A stretch of 64,000 nt of DNA, from NCBI GenBank assembly GCA_964035545.1, contig OZ037771.1, forward strand, positions 2,367,628 to 2,431,627, in the 5' to 3' direction. Source of the stretch: Bugula neritina (taxonomy: Eukaryota; Animalia; Bryozoa). Below the pieces are notes generated by a model. That model ran no database searches and had not been told where the DNA came from. It was given only the letters and a program-made list of their open reading frames with translations. Of the stretch, positions 12,501 through 27,500 are shown piece after piece; position 1 is the first letter of the stretch; every line of letters starts with the position of its first letter. Position numbers and translations under genes: made by a program.

Positions 12501-15500
12501 TATATTACACAAATAAATGAAACTGCTAGATATATTATGTCTTGCAGTGTTAGGTAAAAGCAAAGCTGGGCACCTAATATAACTATAGGCTATGTCAACC
12601 TTGGCTTAAGGCTAAGTGAAATTTTGATTGACAGTGGTGCCTAAATTCTTTGGCAGACTGACTAGTTTTTGATATTTCCAACTTGTATCTAAAAGCAAAG
12701 ACTACCACATGAGTCTTTTAACGTCAATTCTTTGTACTTGGTAACATCAGTGTTAATTCTGATGTGGTACCAGCACAAGTCTTTCTCTTCTAAAGATCTT
12801 TCCTCTGAATCAAAACTGGTTGACCTGAAAACAACATTCACACTGGCTGTGAACGCAAGAGTTTTCTTTTGATGCCTCCGTAAAATTCTGGGGGCTAATC
12901 ATGATAAACAAAAAAAGCTCCAAAACAGGAGTGTCTAGCTTTTTCAGAGCAAAAGCCACTTTGTGAATTTTGCTTGAGCTAGGGGCCACAACATCAGTAT
13001 TCTTCATATCAATTCATTCAAAATTTCTATGAAAAGTTACAAAATTAAGTCCAAATAATTACTGCATGCTATAGGTTTTGTAGTATGTATATAAAACATA
13101 TATAAAAGGTAGTTTTTTTCACTCTAGTTTATATATGTGCGCAAATTGTTTATGATACCTTGGAGGGCCACATAGATGTAAGCTGGGTGCCACATCCGGC
13201 CTTGGGGACGCCTGTTGGACAACTCTGCTCCAAAATATGGTGTAAGACTTGGTGATTTACTCAGATTATGTTGGTGATTAGGATTTTGTGTTCTTGAATG
13301 CTCTATGAATAGCTTTGTGCTATGATGATATACTGATCATGCTGTTGTAGCTGAGGCATCAGTTCACCAAGAAGTACATCCATGCCAGCACCACTCTCAC
13401 ATCCAGATCTGAGTCTAACAATATGTTGGTAAGTATTAGGTCAACAGTTCAAGGTTAGGTCAAGGTTAGGTAGCCATTTAGACCCTAAGGTTAGTAGGTG
13501 TTATCAATGCTTTTTTGATGCTTTATCACTGCTGCTTTTTTAAAAAAAGGAAAACAAGTCGAGAGACAGCTTTTAATCTAATGTTTGAGGTTATTTTTTC
13601 CGTTCCATTATACAAAGCTTAAGAGTCCTAAGTTTAACTAGTGAGATGCCCTACGTAATATCACAAGCTATATTGTATAGTATAGGAAGATAAACACTCC
13701 TAAACAGATATAATTTACAAAGTTGGGCCTACCACCTTGTCTGTTTATTTTGTGATTTTTTTACTTTTTATACATTTTTGGTATACCTAAGGTTCTATAA
13801 TAATACAAAGGCACTAGGTTCCAGAAAAATTATGAGTAATAGAGACTAGAGAGTCGTATATAAAAGTCACTGCTAACCTTAACATTGCTGACACAAGCCC
13901 ACTCAACATGGCCGGATGATCTCCGTTTGCTGCATTTTTCACACGAAATAACCATTCGTTTGCTCACATGAGAACTTTAATACAAGACCAAATAAATATT
14001 TCATATCAAAATGAGCATTAAATACTAGTGAAGGGTAGAATCTTGAAAGTTGTTTTATTACAGAATATTTACTTTGTACAATCTCTATTTTCCTGTCATC
14101 ATTTCAACAATTGGTTCACTTTTTTCTCTACATAAATATTCGGGTTTGTAGCCTTTCTTCCTACCAATAAAAGTTTGTTCTTTTCTTGACTGCTAAATAT
14201 GAGTAGCCATTCTGGTTAGAGCAAGCTAGATGATGTCATGAGGGCACGTAGTCATGATTTCTTCTCTACCCCCAAACCATGTCTGCAGTACAATTAGAGA
14301 CCCAGTCGTACCCTCAGCTTTCGAAACCAACGCATCCTGCGTCTTATTACAAGGCTGAATATTGCCTATACTAAACTCTGCAATGTCTTTCATATAATGA
14401 TGGTATTACATATTTCTTTGCACAAACATCAATTATTACTTTCCAGTCTCTACAATGGTGGCCTATATGAGACATACATGTACTTTCTGTACTATTCTTA
14501 TATATTTCACTTTGTATTGACAAAGGGGAGTAGAGGGGGGGGGGGTTTAAACTTGTAGCATAACTCTAATATGAGTAATATGTAGCTATATTATAAGTAA
14601 ATCTCCCCTTAGTTGTAAATCAGACAGCACCTTTTTAATAAAACTTATATTGTACATAAAAAGAGTGTCACCAGGTGAAATTTGAGGTAAAACTTCAACT
14701 TTTTGTGAGTCTAATTATCGTAGTAGTTGGCATAAAAAATTGAGTCAATAGCAACACTCTGAAGTTGTTTAGACGGTATTTTATAATTCTGTTTTGTATC
14801 GTTGAGGGGATTGTAGTTGAATAAGGATAAAATAATAGTGCAAGTACATAGGTTAACATCTTGTTACGTGATGCAAAATTGTTTGTAAATGCTAAAATTT
14901 TAATAGTAATGTTTAAAACAGCATGGAGGCGTTAATCAGCATAATCCAATTTTGTCTAACCGCATCTTCACCCTAGAGAGTTGCATCTTTTTGAAAGTGC
15001 AAGTCATCAGACTGCCTTATGCATTACTAGGCTATGCTCTGACATTTGTATTCCATTCACCCCAATATACAAGCACAGCTTTTTTAGCAGTTATACTTCA
15101 CTCATTGTGAAAAGTACATTTTCTAACATAGCCAGGTAAATATTAGTATAGACAGCAATATGCTGGCAGTCTAATAATATTATCACTAATGCATCAAATA
15201 TTTTCTATGCTTTGTACCACAAGATTGCTTTTTAATAAAGAACATCCATTTGTCTACCAGCTGTATAAGAAAAATTCCTTGAAGTTATACATGTGATAAA
15301 TAGGTTAGATTTCATGGCTAATAAGCATAGACTATCACCAGATATATGCTCCTTGCTCTAGCATGCTAAATGATAAATGACATTTTTTTTTACTTTAATC
15401 ATGAAAAAGATGGCATTAACTAACAACTTTTTAACTGCTCTAAATAACTTTAGTTTTATTTTAGATATCCTGAAAAATATTCAGGCTCTCTGTTTTATAT

Positions 15501-18500
15501 TAGCAGATCAAGGTAAATACAAACTTCATTGGCCTATGAAGTGAATGTGATCAACTTCAAATCTCTAAAACTTTACAGCTAACGTGCTTTACCTTTGAAC
15601 AATAGATATTTTTGAAAAAAGTATGTCGGAAAGCAATTTTGTATCAAAAATTATCAGCAAGTATTGCTAAAGAAAGCATATGCTTAAAAAATTTGTGTAT
15701 ATTGAGATACATAGAATAAAGATGCAAAACATATCCCAGTATTGCACTGTACTGTCTAATGGATTGCATAGTCAAAAGACTCAATGCTCATGAGTAAAGA
15801 TGACTTTAAATGAGATAGGATTTCGTTGAAAGACACCACCCAGGATTAGCAGTAACAGAAACAGGCCATTAGTGACATTATTACGCAATAAAAATTTGTT
15901 ATTATTCACTGCAGCAATTCTAGCCACATAGTCTGTTAGGTAAAAGATCTTTAAACTATTTTAAAAGAGGTAACTTTGGGAAGTCACAAGTTCTGTCTTT
16001 TGTCCTGTACATGATTTAGTCACCAGTCATTAATAAACTATGTTTTATAACATCTCAAGGTATCTGACTCAATGTATATTTACTTTCCAAGTTGCAGTTC
16101 ATTCTCCGCTTTTCCTAGACATTGTCATCACTTTAATATTTTGAAACTGAATTCTTTTGGAAGCCAAAATGGCGGATAGTCAAGAACTGGTGGCTTGAGA
16201 TAGTTTGATGTGTCTTTCAGCTTAGTATAGTGAAGTAGTTATAAAAATGATGAGTTTTAGTAAGCTAGTGTCACAAAACTGTAGGTAGCAGTGTGACGAG
16301 TTCGAAAAGTCTGGTAGTCGGAAGTGTATAGACAAGTAGCATACAGCTTGCTAATCCAGTTGTGAGTAAATAGAGTTGTGAATAAAAGTAGACTTTATTT
16401 CTCTAGTAAGATATGCACATATGAACTTATAAAAATGAACTCCGAGAATGAACTTATAAAAAGGAACTGATTCGTAAACACAACCGCCTCAGTATTTATA
16501 GTAAACAAAAGACTCTAGAACATTCTCAAGCATTCCAGTATAGAAGATTCTAGTAGGAAACATTCCCCACATGCCAATACTATTTATAGAAAATCAAAAC
16601 AAAACAAAACATTGGAATTTCCATGGTTATTTCGCAATTATTGCGCAATACCTTGTTTACATTGCTGGGCAGTAGTTAACATGACTAATGAAAACAATAA
16701 CAGTGAACAATGACCCATCTCTTTGATCAGTCTAGAATATTTATGAACATTCCTGTATAATCATTAGGAAAAACCCGGTAAGTCTATTTATAGGTATATG
16801 TACACTCAGAATTTGTGACAACCCCCCATTCTAAGAGAAATTATCTTGATCATTTCTCCTAACTACTTAAAATTCTGAGTCAATTCGGTTTAGATAATCG
16901 GCTCCAACATTGTCCTTTCCTTTGATTGACTCCACTTTGATTCTGAAGTTCTGTAAATACATAGCCCATCTCATCATTCTGCTGTTTCTTACTGTACAGG
17001 TCCAACAAATTATCTTCGCATTCTTTTCTTTCCTTATCGTGATCAATAATTCCAGCACCAGCAGCATCTAGAGTCATTACAGCTCCAACAGTCATAGGGT
17101 CGGTAGGCGCCTCCCGCTCAAAATATTTCTTCAGCATGTTGGCATGGTATGTTCTCCTCTTGCCTCTAATGTTGATAATGTAGTCATTCAGTCTGACTTT
17201 CTCCTCAATATTGAATGGTCCTTGCCAATGCATCAGCAATTTATTTCCATCCGTAGGTAGAAGAATGAGCACTTTGTCACCAGGTCTGAAGTCTCTCTGC
17301 TTAGCTTTCTTGTCAAAATAGTGTTTGTATCTTTTTTGACTGTCTTTTAGCGAAGCTAGTGCCATCTCCATCATGTCATCTAAACGCTCTCTCAATTCAA
17401 AAACATGTTGATAGCAGGTCTTGACTTCATCGGCAGTGTCTTCTTTTGTCCAAAGTTGTCGCAGGATGTACATTGGTCCACGTACAGTTCTTCCATAGAG
17501 TAACTCGAATGGGGCGAAGCCTGTTGATTCCTGTGGGACTTCTCTATATGCAAATAGAGCCGCATTGATGAACCGATGCCACTGTCTTGGCTCTTTAGCA
17601 CACAACTTTTTTAACATACTTTTGAGGGTTCCGTTGAACTTTTCCACAAGTCCATTGGCCATTGCATGGTATGGTGAAGTAGGAAGTTGTCGCATGTCAA
17701 GTAATCTGGTAAACTCTTTCATGTAGTCCGAGATGAATTGAGTTCCTTGGTCGCTTATCACCTCCTCTGGTATCCCAACACGACTGTATATGTCAAGCAG
17801 CGCTTCAGCTACAGTAGCTGAGTCAATGTTCTTCAATGGTGTAGCTTCAGGATATCTTGTAGCATAGTCAACTAAAGTTAGGATGTAGCGGTGTCCTTTC
17901 TCACTTGGAGGGTTAATTGGTCCGATTAGGTCTATTGCACATCTCTTGAATGGGGTGTCAATTAGTGGAGTTTCTTGTACTGGGACTTTCATGACTGAGC
18001 CTTTTTTCACTGTTTTCTGGCAAATGTCACATGACTGACAGAAACGTACGACATCTCCGTTTAGTCCTGGCCAGAAGAAGTTGGAAAGCACTCTATCAGT
18101 GGTTTTCTTTACTCCTAGGTGTCCGCTCATTATGCAGTCATGAGCTTTCTGTAGAACTTCCTTCCTCAGTGAACTGGGTACCATGAGTTGTTTAACTGGT
18201 TTTACACTGACAGACTTCGAGTCGGTGTACTCACGGTACAGAATCCTATTCCTCACCACAAACCTAGTGGTGCATCCTTTTTTCTCCTTCACTTCTTTTG
18301 CATCGAAGAAACGTTCCAATGTGGGGTCATCCCTCTGCAGTCTGGTTATTTCATCTTTCCCTATACTTAATGGGTTAGCATTTGAATCAATCATCAGTGG
18401 TTTGTCTCCTGACTTTTCCTTGACAGCTTGAGCTCTTGTGGTTACGGCGCAGTCCTTCCAGTTTTCCAGCGGCTGGTCAGCTGATCTCGCTCCGTCCACA

Positions 18501-21500
18501 TTCCCAATAAGCAGGTCACAAATAGTCTTGTCCATTACTGCAGCTTTGACGACACCATTGTAAAATGGTGAGCGTACTGAGATAAGTGCCCACTGAGCCT
18601 CCCTAACACTTGCATCAGCCATTTTCAGATAAACTGGTTCTCCAGTTAAGTGTTGAGGTTGCACATACTTTGCATTGACTACAATGCAACCACAGCCGGT
18701 GTCGCGCATTACAGTAGCTCGTTGGCCATTGACTTCCGCATCAAATATTGCTGTGCCCCCATCTTTGAATTTAGGTCCATTCTTGCAGACAGCAGCGTTG
18801 ACAAACTTTTTACCATTGACTGTGATTTCCGTAGGTTCTTCCACTTTAGATGAGATTCCTGGATCTGTGACCACAGTCTTTTTCTGAGTAGTCGCTATTG
18901 CAGCAGCAGCATGCACTGACCTTCCACCATACTTTCTGCAGTCTGAAGTATTGTGGTTGTTCATCTTGCAATGTGAACAGTACTTCTTCCCTCGCCGTGG
19001 GCAATTACGAGCAATGTGTGACTTATCTTTGCAGATGAAGCATGCCCCATCGCTTTTACTTCCTTGTTCAGCATTCATGCTACCGGTGGGTGTGTTTTCC
19101 ATCCTTTTTGTATTAGTTTTCTTAGTCTTTGCTAGTTTTCTTCCACGGGCGTGCAAAAACAGTGATGCTGCATCACACATATCTTCACTGCTGTTGTAGG
19201 AACTTTGCTTTAAATGCACAGCTAGGTCGTCTGGGCATGATGATATAAATTGTTCAGTCGCCACTAGTTTGGCTATGTCCATGCCCCCTGAAAGCTCCAC
19301 CCACTTGTGCACGTAAGTTTCTATCCTAGTGAATAGTTGGGCAGGAGTTTCATCCTCGTAAGCTTCTGCCTCTCTGAGCTTTTTTCTGTAGCCCTCTTGA
19401 GTCAAGTTAAAGCGCTCCAACAAGGCTTCTTTGACTTTTTTATAATCTCTGCGATCGGTAGGTGACAACCGGATGTAAGCTTCTGTTGCTGTACCCCTTA
19501 GGTACTGACTGAGATGGTAGGGCCAATCTCCCTTGTCCCAGTTACATCCTTCGGCAACCCACTCGAACCGCTCCAAATAGCTATCCATTTCGTCTACCTT
19601 CTCATCAAAGAATGGTATTTTTGGTTTTGGTTTGTTAGCTATTTCTAACCTGGTGCTCTCATGTCTTGAGTGCTCCAAACTTGTGTTAGCTTTCAGCTTT
19701 TCCATATCTAATTCATGTCGTTGTCTTCTCTCTTCTGCCTCCTGGTCAGCTTTAATCTTGAGTGCCATTGCCTCCTGATCAGCTTTTATCTTCATCTCCA
19801 TTAAAGCTTTCTCATTTTCTTGCCTGATCTTTTCTGCCTCACGCTCTAATCTACGCTCCTCTCGGTCCTTTTCTTTTTCCTCTCGGTCCTTTTCTTTTTC
19901 CTCTTGTGCGGCAACAATGGGTAGGTTCTTTTCAACAAAAGCTATAAGCTTGTCCTCCACCAACCCAAGATCTTTACCCATCTGTGTCACTCTCTTCAAC
20001 GACGCCATAATGTCTCAACAACTGTTAATTAATCCTGTGTATACTCACGTTGTAACTAATAACTTCCCTGTGTGCGACTGAGACTTCCCGGAGCAGCCCC
20101 CAATTGTCACAAAACTGTTGGTAGCAGTGTGACGAGTTCGAAAAGTCTGGTAGTCGGAAGTGTATAGACAAGTAGCATACAGCTTGCTAATCCAGTTGTG
20201 AGTAAATAGAGTTGTGAATAAAAGTAGACTTTATTTCTCTAGTAAGATATGCACATATGAACTTATAAAAATGAACTCCGAGAATGAACTTATAAAAAGG
20301 AACTGATTCGTAAACACAACCGCCTCAGTATTTATAGTAAACAAAAGACTCTAGAACATTCTCAAGCATTCCAGTATAGAAGATTCTAGTAGGAAACATT
20401 CCCCACATGCCAATACTATTTATAGAAAATCAAAACAAAACAAAACATTGGAATTTCCATGGTTATTTCGCAATTATTGCGCAATACCTTGTTTACATTG
20501 CTGGGCAGTAGTTAACATGACTAATGAAAACAATAACAGTGAACAATGACCCATCTCTTTGATCAGTCTAGAATATTTATGAACATTCCTGTATAATCAT
20601 TAGGAAAAACCCGGTAAGTCTATTTATAGGTATATGTACACTCAGAATTTGTGACAGCTAGAATTAAGTAAAGGACTAAATAACACCCATTTGCAGACTC
20701 TGTGAACCAAGCACTAATATACAATTAGCACTACTTAGCTTCTAATGTGTCTCTCTCTTTTATTCATGACTTGTAAACAGAATTTTATTATAAAAAGGTT
20801 CCATTATGTTTGTGTGATCATATTATATCATATATTGTCAATATGTTTTCGTGTAGGTGGAATTGCTGTCATACAATGCAAAGAACGCACAGTTCCGTGT
20901 TATGCCCAGGTACAAGGTGAAAGCAGAAGGTGATGTGGTATGTATTTGTACCTAGAGGCACCTTCATTTCTTACAAACAAACATACCAGCTCGTTAGTTT
21001 GTCTCAGTGTAAAAATATTCGCATCAAGTTTTTGACCTCTCATGAGTAAGCTCTTGCTTATTTTTTAGTTGCTTCCTCCATTTTTTCTTAGACCTCCAGC
21101 TGTATTCATGTTCTTTGGAAATTGCTAGAAGCAGCACTGAATGCAGGTTTTGCATAGTAATTTTTGTCTGCACTCCAAACCCCCAACTCCAAACCTCAGG
21201 ACGACTGAACTCAGTGACCACTAACTCAGTGCTGCTTCAAGCCATTCAAGTCATTTTCAAATTGAATATAACATATTAAGGTTACAACTGTAACAATGCA
21301 TCTTTGTCTTTTTAGGTGTTTATAGGAGACCAAGTTGTGTTTGAGTCTATAAAGTCACCTGGACAATATTTGCATGTGTCACGGGGACTCTTCCCCCCTT
21401 CCTTTGTATACTCTGATGCTCATGAACTCGGCCTATCCGTGAGACAGTCTGGATTCTCCATCACCAGACAAAAGAAACCGGTAAGCAGCTGTTTCCTGTT

Positions 21501-24500
21501 TCCTGTGCGGTGATCAGCCTAGTTGTGTCAACAAGCAAATTTAGAAACAGTTTGAAAAAATATCAAAAATAGATCAACAACAGTTTTTAAGTACACTTTG
21601 AAACATGTCTAATGAATGAAATAAGCTCTTGTTAAGTGTTCGCCAGGGAACACTGTCTGAGGAGAAAAGAAAAGGTCAACTGAAGAAACCTTGAACTCTA
21701 GCTGTATATTATAAATAAAAATGTCCAATAGTTCTTACAGTCAGTCCCCAAAAAGACTGTTCCATTTTTCTTGACGTTGGATTAAGATGATACACAAATG
21801 TCTTATGCCATCAGTTTCTAATTACGTGTTGAATATCTCAATATTTTGTTGTAACCAAAAATCTTTTCCGACTGTTCTTTAGATCAAAAAGGTAAGTCTA
21901 TTTATGCTTCCAAATTAAGTTTTAGTTCTCCTGATGAACAGATAACTATAGGCACTTGTTTTGCTTATTACTATAATTGTATTTTTTATGTAAAACCCAT
22001 GGCATATTTTCAATAAAGATGTCAAATATGAAGTTACTCTGCATCTATGCATCAGAGATTTTTATTTTGGCATAAAGCATAGATTTGACAAGTTCCTCAT
22101 ACGGATGTTTTGATCAGCCAAATGTTAGCTGGTCTTTCGAGAAAGCTTGTCTTTAGTATGTTTTCAGTTTATTCATATAAGTTCAAAGAGTTACCTAGAG
22201 TTTGGATTTGGTTAAAAAGCGAAGTATGCTATTTTTAGCTAGCCATTCTATACATTACATGTTCGACTAGTGTATCGCATCTTTTTTTCTCAAGTCTATT
22301 TGAATGCAGATGCTGGTGTATTTTGTTTTATTGATGTTTGTATTATATATCCACATTGCTCTACGTTAAAGTAGGCAGATGCTTGTATTCATTCATAACA
22401 AATCATCGATCATATGTTGCTATTTTACACCAAATGCAAAGTACACTGCATGGTAATAATTAAATTAAGCCTTAATTTGTAGCTCTTCGGTCTTTTTACA
22501 TCTGCTGTTTTGGGCCTAATAGCTTGACAATGCATGATGTACAGGATACATACCAACATGTTTTTCTTTTGCTATTATTATTTATATTAGCTTTATTAAT
22601 TTATGTCTAGACAAATAAGATGTTGTAAAGGGGGGGGGGGTGTCTATTCAGTTATTTTAGCTTGAAGTTATGTTTTTTCTACTGTAGCTATTTTAAGAGT
22701 TGAAATGTTTCTTAAAGACCATTACGAACCGTTAAGTGAATTGGTTTGGCCATCGAAACTTGTAGTCAAAAAAGATAAAGCGAGGTCCCTGCCCGTATAA
22801 TCTAGATTTATCTGGCTAGTAATTGACTTCTCAACTGCACAATTGATAGGCAATGACAGTCGTGATGAACATAGTTGTGTTGCGGGATTAGAATATGTTT
22901 ATCCCTTCCTTCTAGAGTCAGTTTTATCACCAGACTAATTAATGCTCTTTATAGGAGAAAGATGATCAGAACAAACTCAGAGCTGGGCAGCTCATCCGTC
23001 TGTTCCACAAGGAAATTGAAGCTTATTTAGTGGCTGAAGGACTCTTTGATGATGAAGTCACAGAAGATGGTTAGTTAGCGTCAAGCAAATATGTAGCAAT
23101 AGTTATAAAAATTATCTACTCTATTTATTGAATATCGTCTAATTCTTTAATTGTATTTTGATTTCTGCTGAAGAAATGGTAAATACGATTTTATAACATA
23201 ATTCTGATTGATATTTGCCAGTATAAACTAGAATAGTTGCTGGCTATAAATGCTGGTAATATTAGTTTTTGCTAGTAGCTGATAGGTTTCTGCAGAAATA
23301 GAAAATGCAGAAGAGGGCATAGCTAAATGATATTAGCTAGTAACTGAACTTGATATAACTAGCTAGTCATCGTGGTCAATCTTGGTTGTGTAAATGACTA
23401 TCAAAATATATTTGAAACTTGTATGGATGCTATTTGAGTTTCAGTTGAATTCATGTTTTACTAGAGTTGGTGTTATTTTATTTCACTTAAAACTTATAAT
23501 GTGAGTTTATAAATGGGTTGAACTTTCAACACATCTAGTACCAATCATTCGCCTCTGTCATACTGATTTGGTGTAAATAATTTTAGACTCGACTACAACT
23601 TTTTCATGCTTCTGTATTTGAGTTCTTTGCTACTTATACTTTGACTTTTAGTTCATTTCCGTCTTCGGCCTGTCAGCCAAACGAATCCAAAGACGCTATT
23701 TCCTTCAACTTCTGCAATAACATACTGGCAGTTTGAGCTGGAAGACAAATCACTTGAAGGTAAGTTCTAGAATGTTCCTATCAACTCATTTAATAATTAC
23801 TTGTTTTGTTTATCTCTTTCTCTGTCTGTTTGTCTGTCCAATTTTCCGTCTGTTTGTCTTTTCGCCTGTCAACCCTGTCAACCATGTTAATAAAACCATC
23901 AGTCAGTTTATACTACTTTTGGATAAATGTTAGCTTATTTTATTCTATAAAATGACTGCTGCATGTTTATATGTTTGGTTTTACGTTATTTAATACAATG
24001 TAACCTACCTGCTTGACTTGTATGTGTTGCAATAACAAGGGGGATAACTCTGCTATGATGCTAAACAGCTGTTGTTTAGAGTCTAGAGTAGATTGTGTAC
24101 CAAGGTTGATAATAAGACAGTATGCACTGCACTAAATTAAGAAATAGGATATCGAGTTTTAACGATTAATCATAGTCACTTCTATGCTGGAATGTCTTCA
24201 TCCTGGTTTGAAAGTGGAACACATCTGGTAACCTAACCTACGCCTGGAATGAGTGTCCGGCAAGACTTAATTCTATCCAGATTTATGTACTGAATAGCAA
24301 TTTTTTTTAATATTGACTGCCATTTAAGTAAGTTAGCTGACTTTGAAACTCATTAAGATTCAAACTGAATCACTTATTAGTAACATTATGCTAACCGCTA
24401 GAAGGGCTAGTAGCAGACGTCTAATAATGTATAATGCAAACCCTCATAATAATGTACCCCATATTGCATCCTTATGAGTTTTCCTGCATCTTCCGTCATC

Positions 24501-27500
24501 TTATTTAATGCATTAACCGGACACACTTAGTGCTGCCTCTCACTTATCTTATAAACTGCTGCCTAATCTATTGGCCTGATACGATGCTTCAACATAATTA
24601 ATGTGTGTACTTGTGTTGGTACTTCATGCTGCTGAACTAATTATTCTATAAAATGTATCATATTGGTCTATAAGACTGGCTGCTTTGCCCATCTAGCTTA
24701 TTGATTTGTCTGGCAGTTATTAAAAAACTACATCATCTCAATTAAGTACAATTGCCACTTCTAAATATATAGCCCAGGGAAGCATTGAAAATTGGAAAAA
24801 TACTTAATAGCGTAAAGCATGGGTGTATATAACCTTTGTTTTTAGTATAACACAACTGTTGATACTGTAATAAAAATATCTAAATTTAAAAACTGCAGCA
24901 ATGGCCAAGCATTAATCAACAACATGTTTTCCATTATTTAAAGTTTTATAGTAGGCTGTGCTATCTTTTATCTTTAAAACAAATATTTTAGTTCGAAATT
25001 TTAAAATAACATATTTTATGATTAGTATTATGCCTTAGTGCTATTATACTCTAGTATTGACAGACTAGTAGCTTTTAAACATCTTTGCTAGTAGCATTTT
25101 ATTGTTATATGATAGAAACACATTTATTTAAATTTTAAAACGTATGATTTCAAACTATTTTTCTAACAACCTTTTTAACATGATTATAATAATTTATTAA
25201 TTTATTTTATTCAATTTATTACCATTTTGTAATTATTCACTCACTATTTACTCACTCACTCACTGACTCACTCACTGACTCACTCACTCACTGACTCACT
25301 CACTCACTCACTCACTGACTCACTCACTCAAGCACTCACTCAAGCACTCACTCAAGCACTCACTCAAGCACTCACTCAAATAGCATTAGAACTTTAGTGA
25401 CTGCCATCTTAAGAAGGTGTGGAAAGATAATAATGCATAACTAATGTTGCAATTTCTTAAACTCTACTTTTTATCAGGTGGTTTGATTCTGTGGGAGCAA
25501 CAAGTCCGGGTGCGTCATATGATCACTCGGAAGTACCTGAAAATCAGCAAGGAAGGAAAGATACATCTAGAAGACAGTAACGTCGATCCTATGACAGTTT
25601 TCCGTCTTCACCCAGTCATCAGAGAGAAAGACGAGATAGAGTACGAGACGTACTGTAGGATAGAGCATGTTGTCACTGGCAAATGGATCAGCACAAGCCC
25701 AGGTTAGCAGCACTCTGCTTCTAGTTCAGAACCAACAAATTGTATCTTGAAATGTTTTGAGAGGTCAAGTGATACAACCGTCATCCTGGATCATGTAGGG
25801 ACATAGATTACTGGTTATGCAGCAACACCGTGCAGATATCTAATAAGTTTCGATCAAGTTTGCAATTACAATTAGTGTATTACTGGCATAGGAAAAGCTA
25901 ACTTGTTTTGTATAATCTTAGCAGTTGAATGTTTTTTGTTTTTGAATTGCATTTATATTGATCTTGGTTAGCATACATATGTATGGCTCCTATTAATTTT
26001 TGATGGGGACTAATACAAATACTTTTTTTCAAGTTGCCAAAATTACACTTGTCTTAAATGAAAAATTAATAACGTGTGTAAGCCCATAGCATAGTTCTGA
26101 TATCATTGTGTGTTTTAGAGCCCTTTGAGGCAAAGAGAACAAGTGGCAACAATGCTGTGAGCAATTCTATGGCTAGTCTGAAGTGGACGCAGGCAAATCT
26201 TAGCAAAGTGAGTGCATATTCTTAGTCGTATAACTTCAACTGAGTTGTAGTTTGGCTCACCGATGACTCAGTACTATATTTACTCCGACTCACTAATTCA
26301 TCAGTACTATATTCACTTTAACTCACTGATGACTCAACATCTAACTCATTCTGACTCATATCCAACTCACCGTAACTCAAAAATAACTGTCTTATACTTG
26401 GTTGACTCATTGTTCATGCTGTGTTGTACTCATGCCCACATATAAATATGCACGCGCTTGAATAATGCATATGCGGAGAGTTGCCTTCTCAGTTAAGAAT
26501 TTTTCCTTTCAATGATGAACAATAAATTATTAAGACTCCTGACTGATGTATAGTCTACTACTAAACATGTTTTAATCACAACATGCATTAGCTCACGCAT
26601 GTTTGGTGTAATGCTCACATACAAGAATCATTTATCAGCTTTTGCTTTTACATCCAGGTTACGTCTGACGATGATATGAAATATGATGATGCATTTACTG
26701 TTCAGCACGTTGAAGATAATATGGTGCAAATCTTCAACTTCATGGCCGGTTGCGTTCCTTTCATACAAAAGCTGATAGCACAGGTGAGTTGCCAATTATC
26801 TGAGTATTAGATTTTTACTGAGTTGAATAGAAAAACCTTTAAATAGTTTCTAACTTCATCTCAACTTTCAAAACTTAAACTATTGACCACTAGTTGAACA
26901 TTTAAACTAAGTGAACTCAGAGTTTTATATACATATGATTCTAAAATGATATTGTTGGGGTTGCAGAGGAAAGCTGGAAAGACTCTAAAGGCCAAGCAAG
27001 CTCACTCATATGTGCAAGCCTTAGAGCAAATGTGCAATTTTATGATAGTAGATGGGGAACCCAGCAAAGACAGACAGAAACTATTGAGAAACCTCAGGGT
27101 ATGTTTTATACAGGCACTTATGTTTATTAAACCAACTCTGTATCTTAGCAACAATTTTATATTCCCTGGTGAGTTGATAGCTGAATTAATCAAATTAATG
27201 AACTACAAAATATTCTATTCAATTGTAAGATATGCAGAATTGTTTATTTTATTTGAGAAGAATTGAAAAATCACTTTAAATTATGTGGATAAAAATGGTG
27301 GTGCAGACAGTGAGGAATAAAATTTGAAAGACCTTTGTTCTACATGAACAATTTTTGCAAGAGTTATGTTTTCGTGGTTACAAACCAAAACTTATAGATA
27401 ATTAAAAGAACTTGGATTATTATTTTATTACTAAAAGGTATACTGCAATAGTTTCGTTATTTTGCGACTATTTCGCATTTTAGTTTAATTTTTTTTTAAA

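Larger units (their letters stand above)
16269..20656 (-). mobile_element. Ty3/gypsy LTR retrotransposon with Gmr1-type domain order (Gag-PR-IN-[RT-RH deleted]), recent, in ITPR-like intron 5
   Basis: 552-bp LTRs 16269-16820 and 20105-20656 (one mismatch seen, 16283 vs 20119); termini TGTCACAAA...TTTGTGACA; TSD GCTAG (16264-16268, 20657-20661); PBS 20085-20102; purine tract next to 16821. Confidence 0.95.

Noticed and set aside
13158-13228. GC-rich stretch resembling the end of a hAT-type MITE
   Set aside because: I could not find the matching other terminus or a TSD.
5331-19199. Antisense and alternate-frame ORFs inside the two retrotransposon ORFs
   Set aside because: Shadow ORFs of long coding sequences; no env-like or other domain seen.
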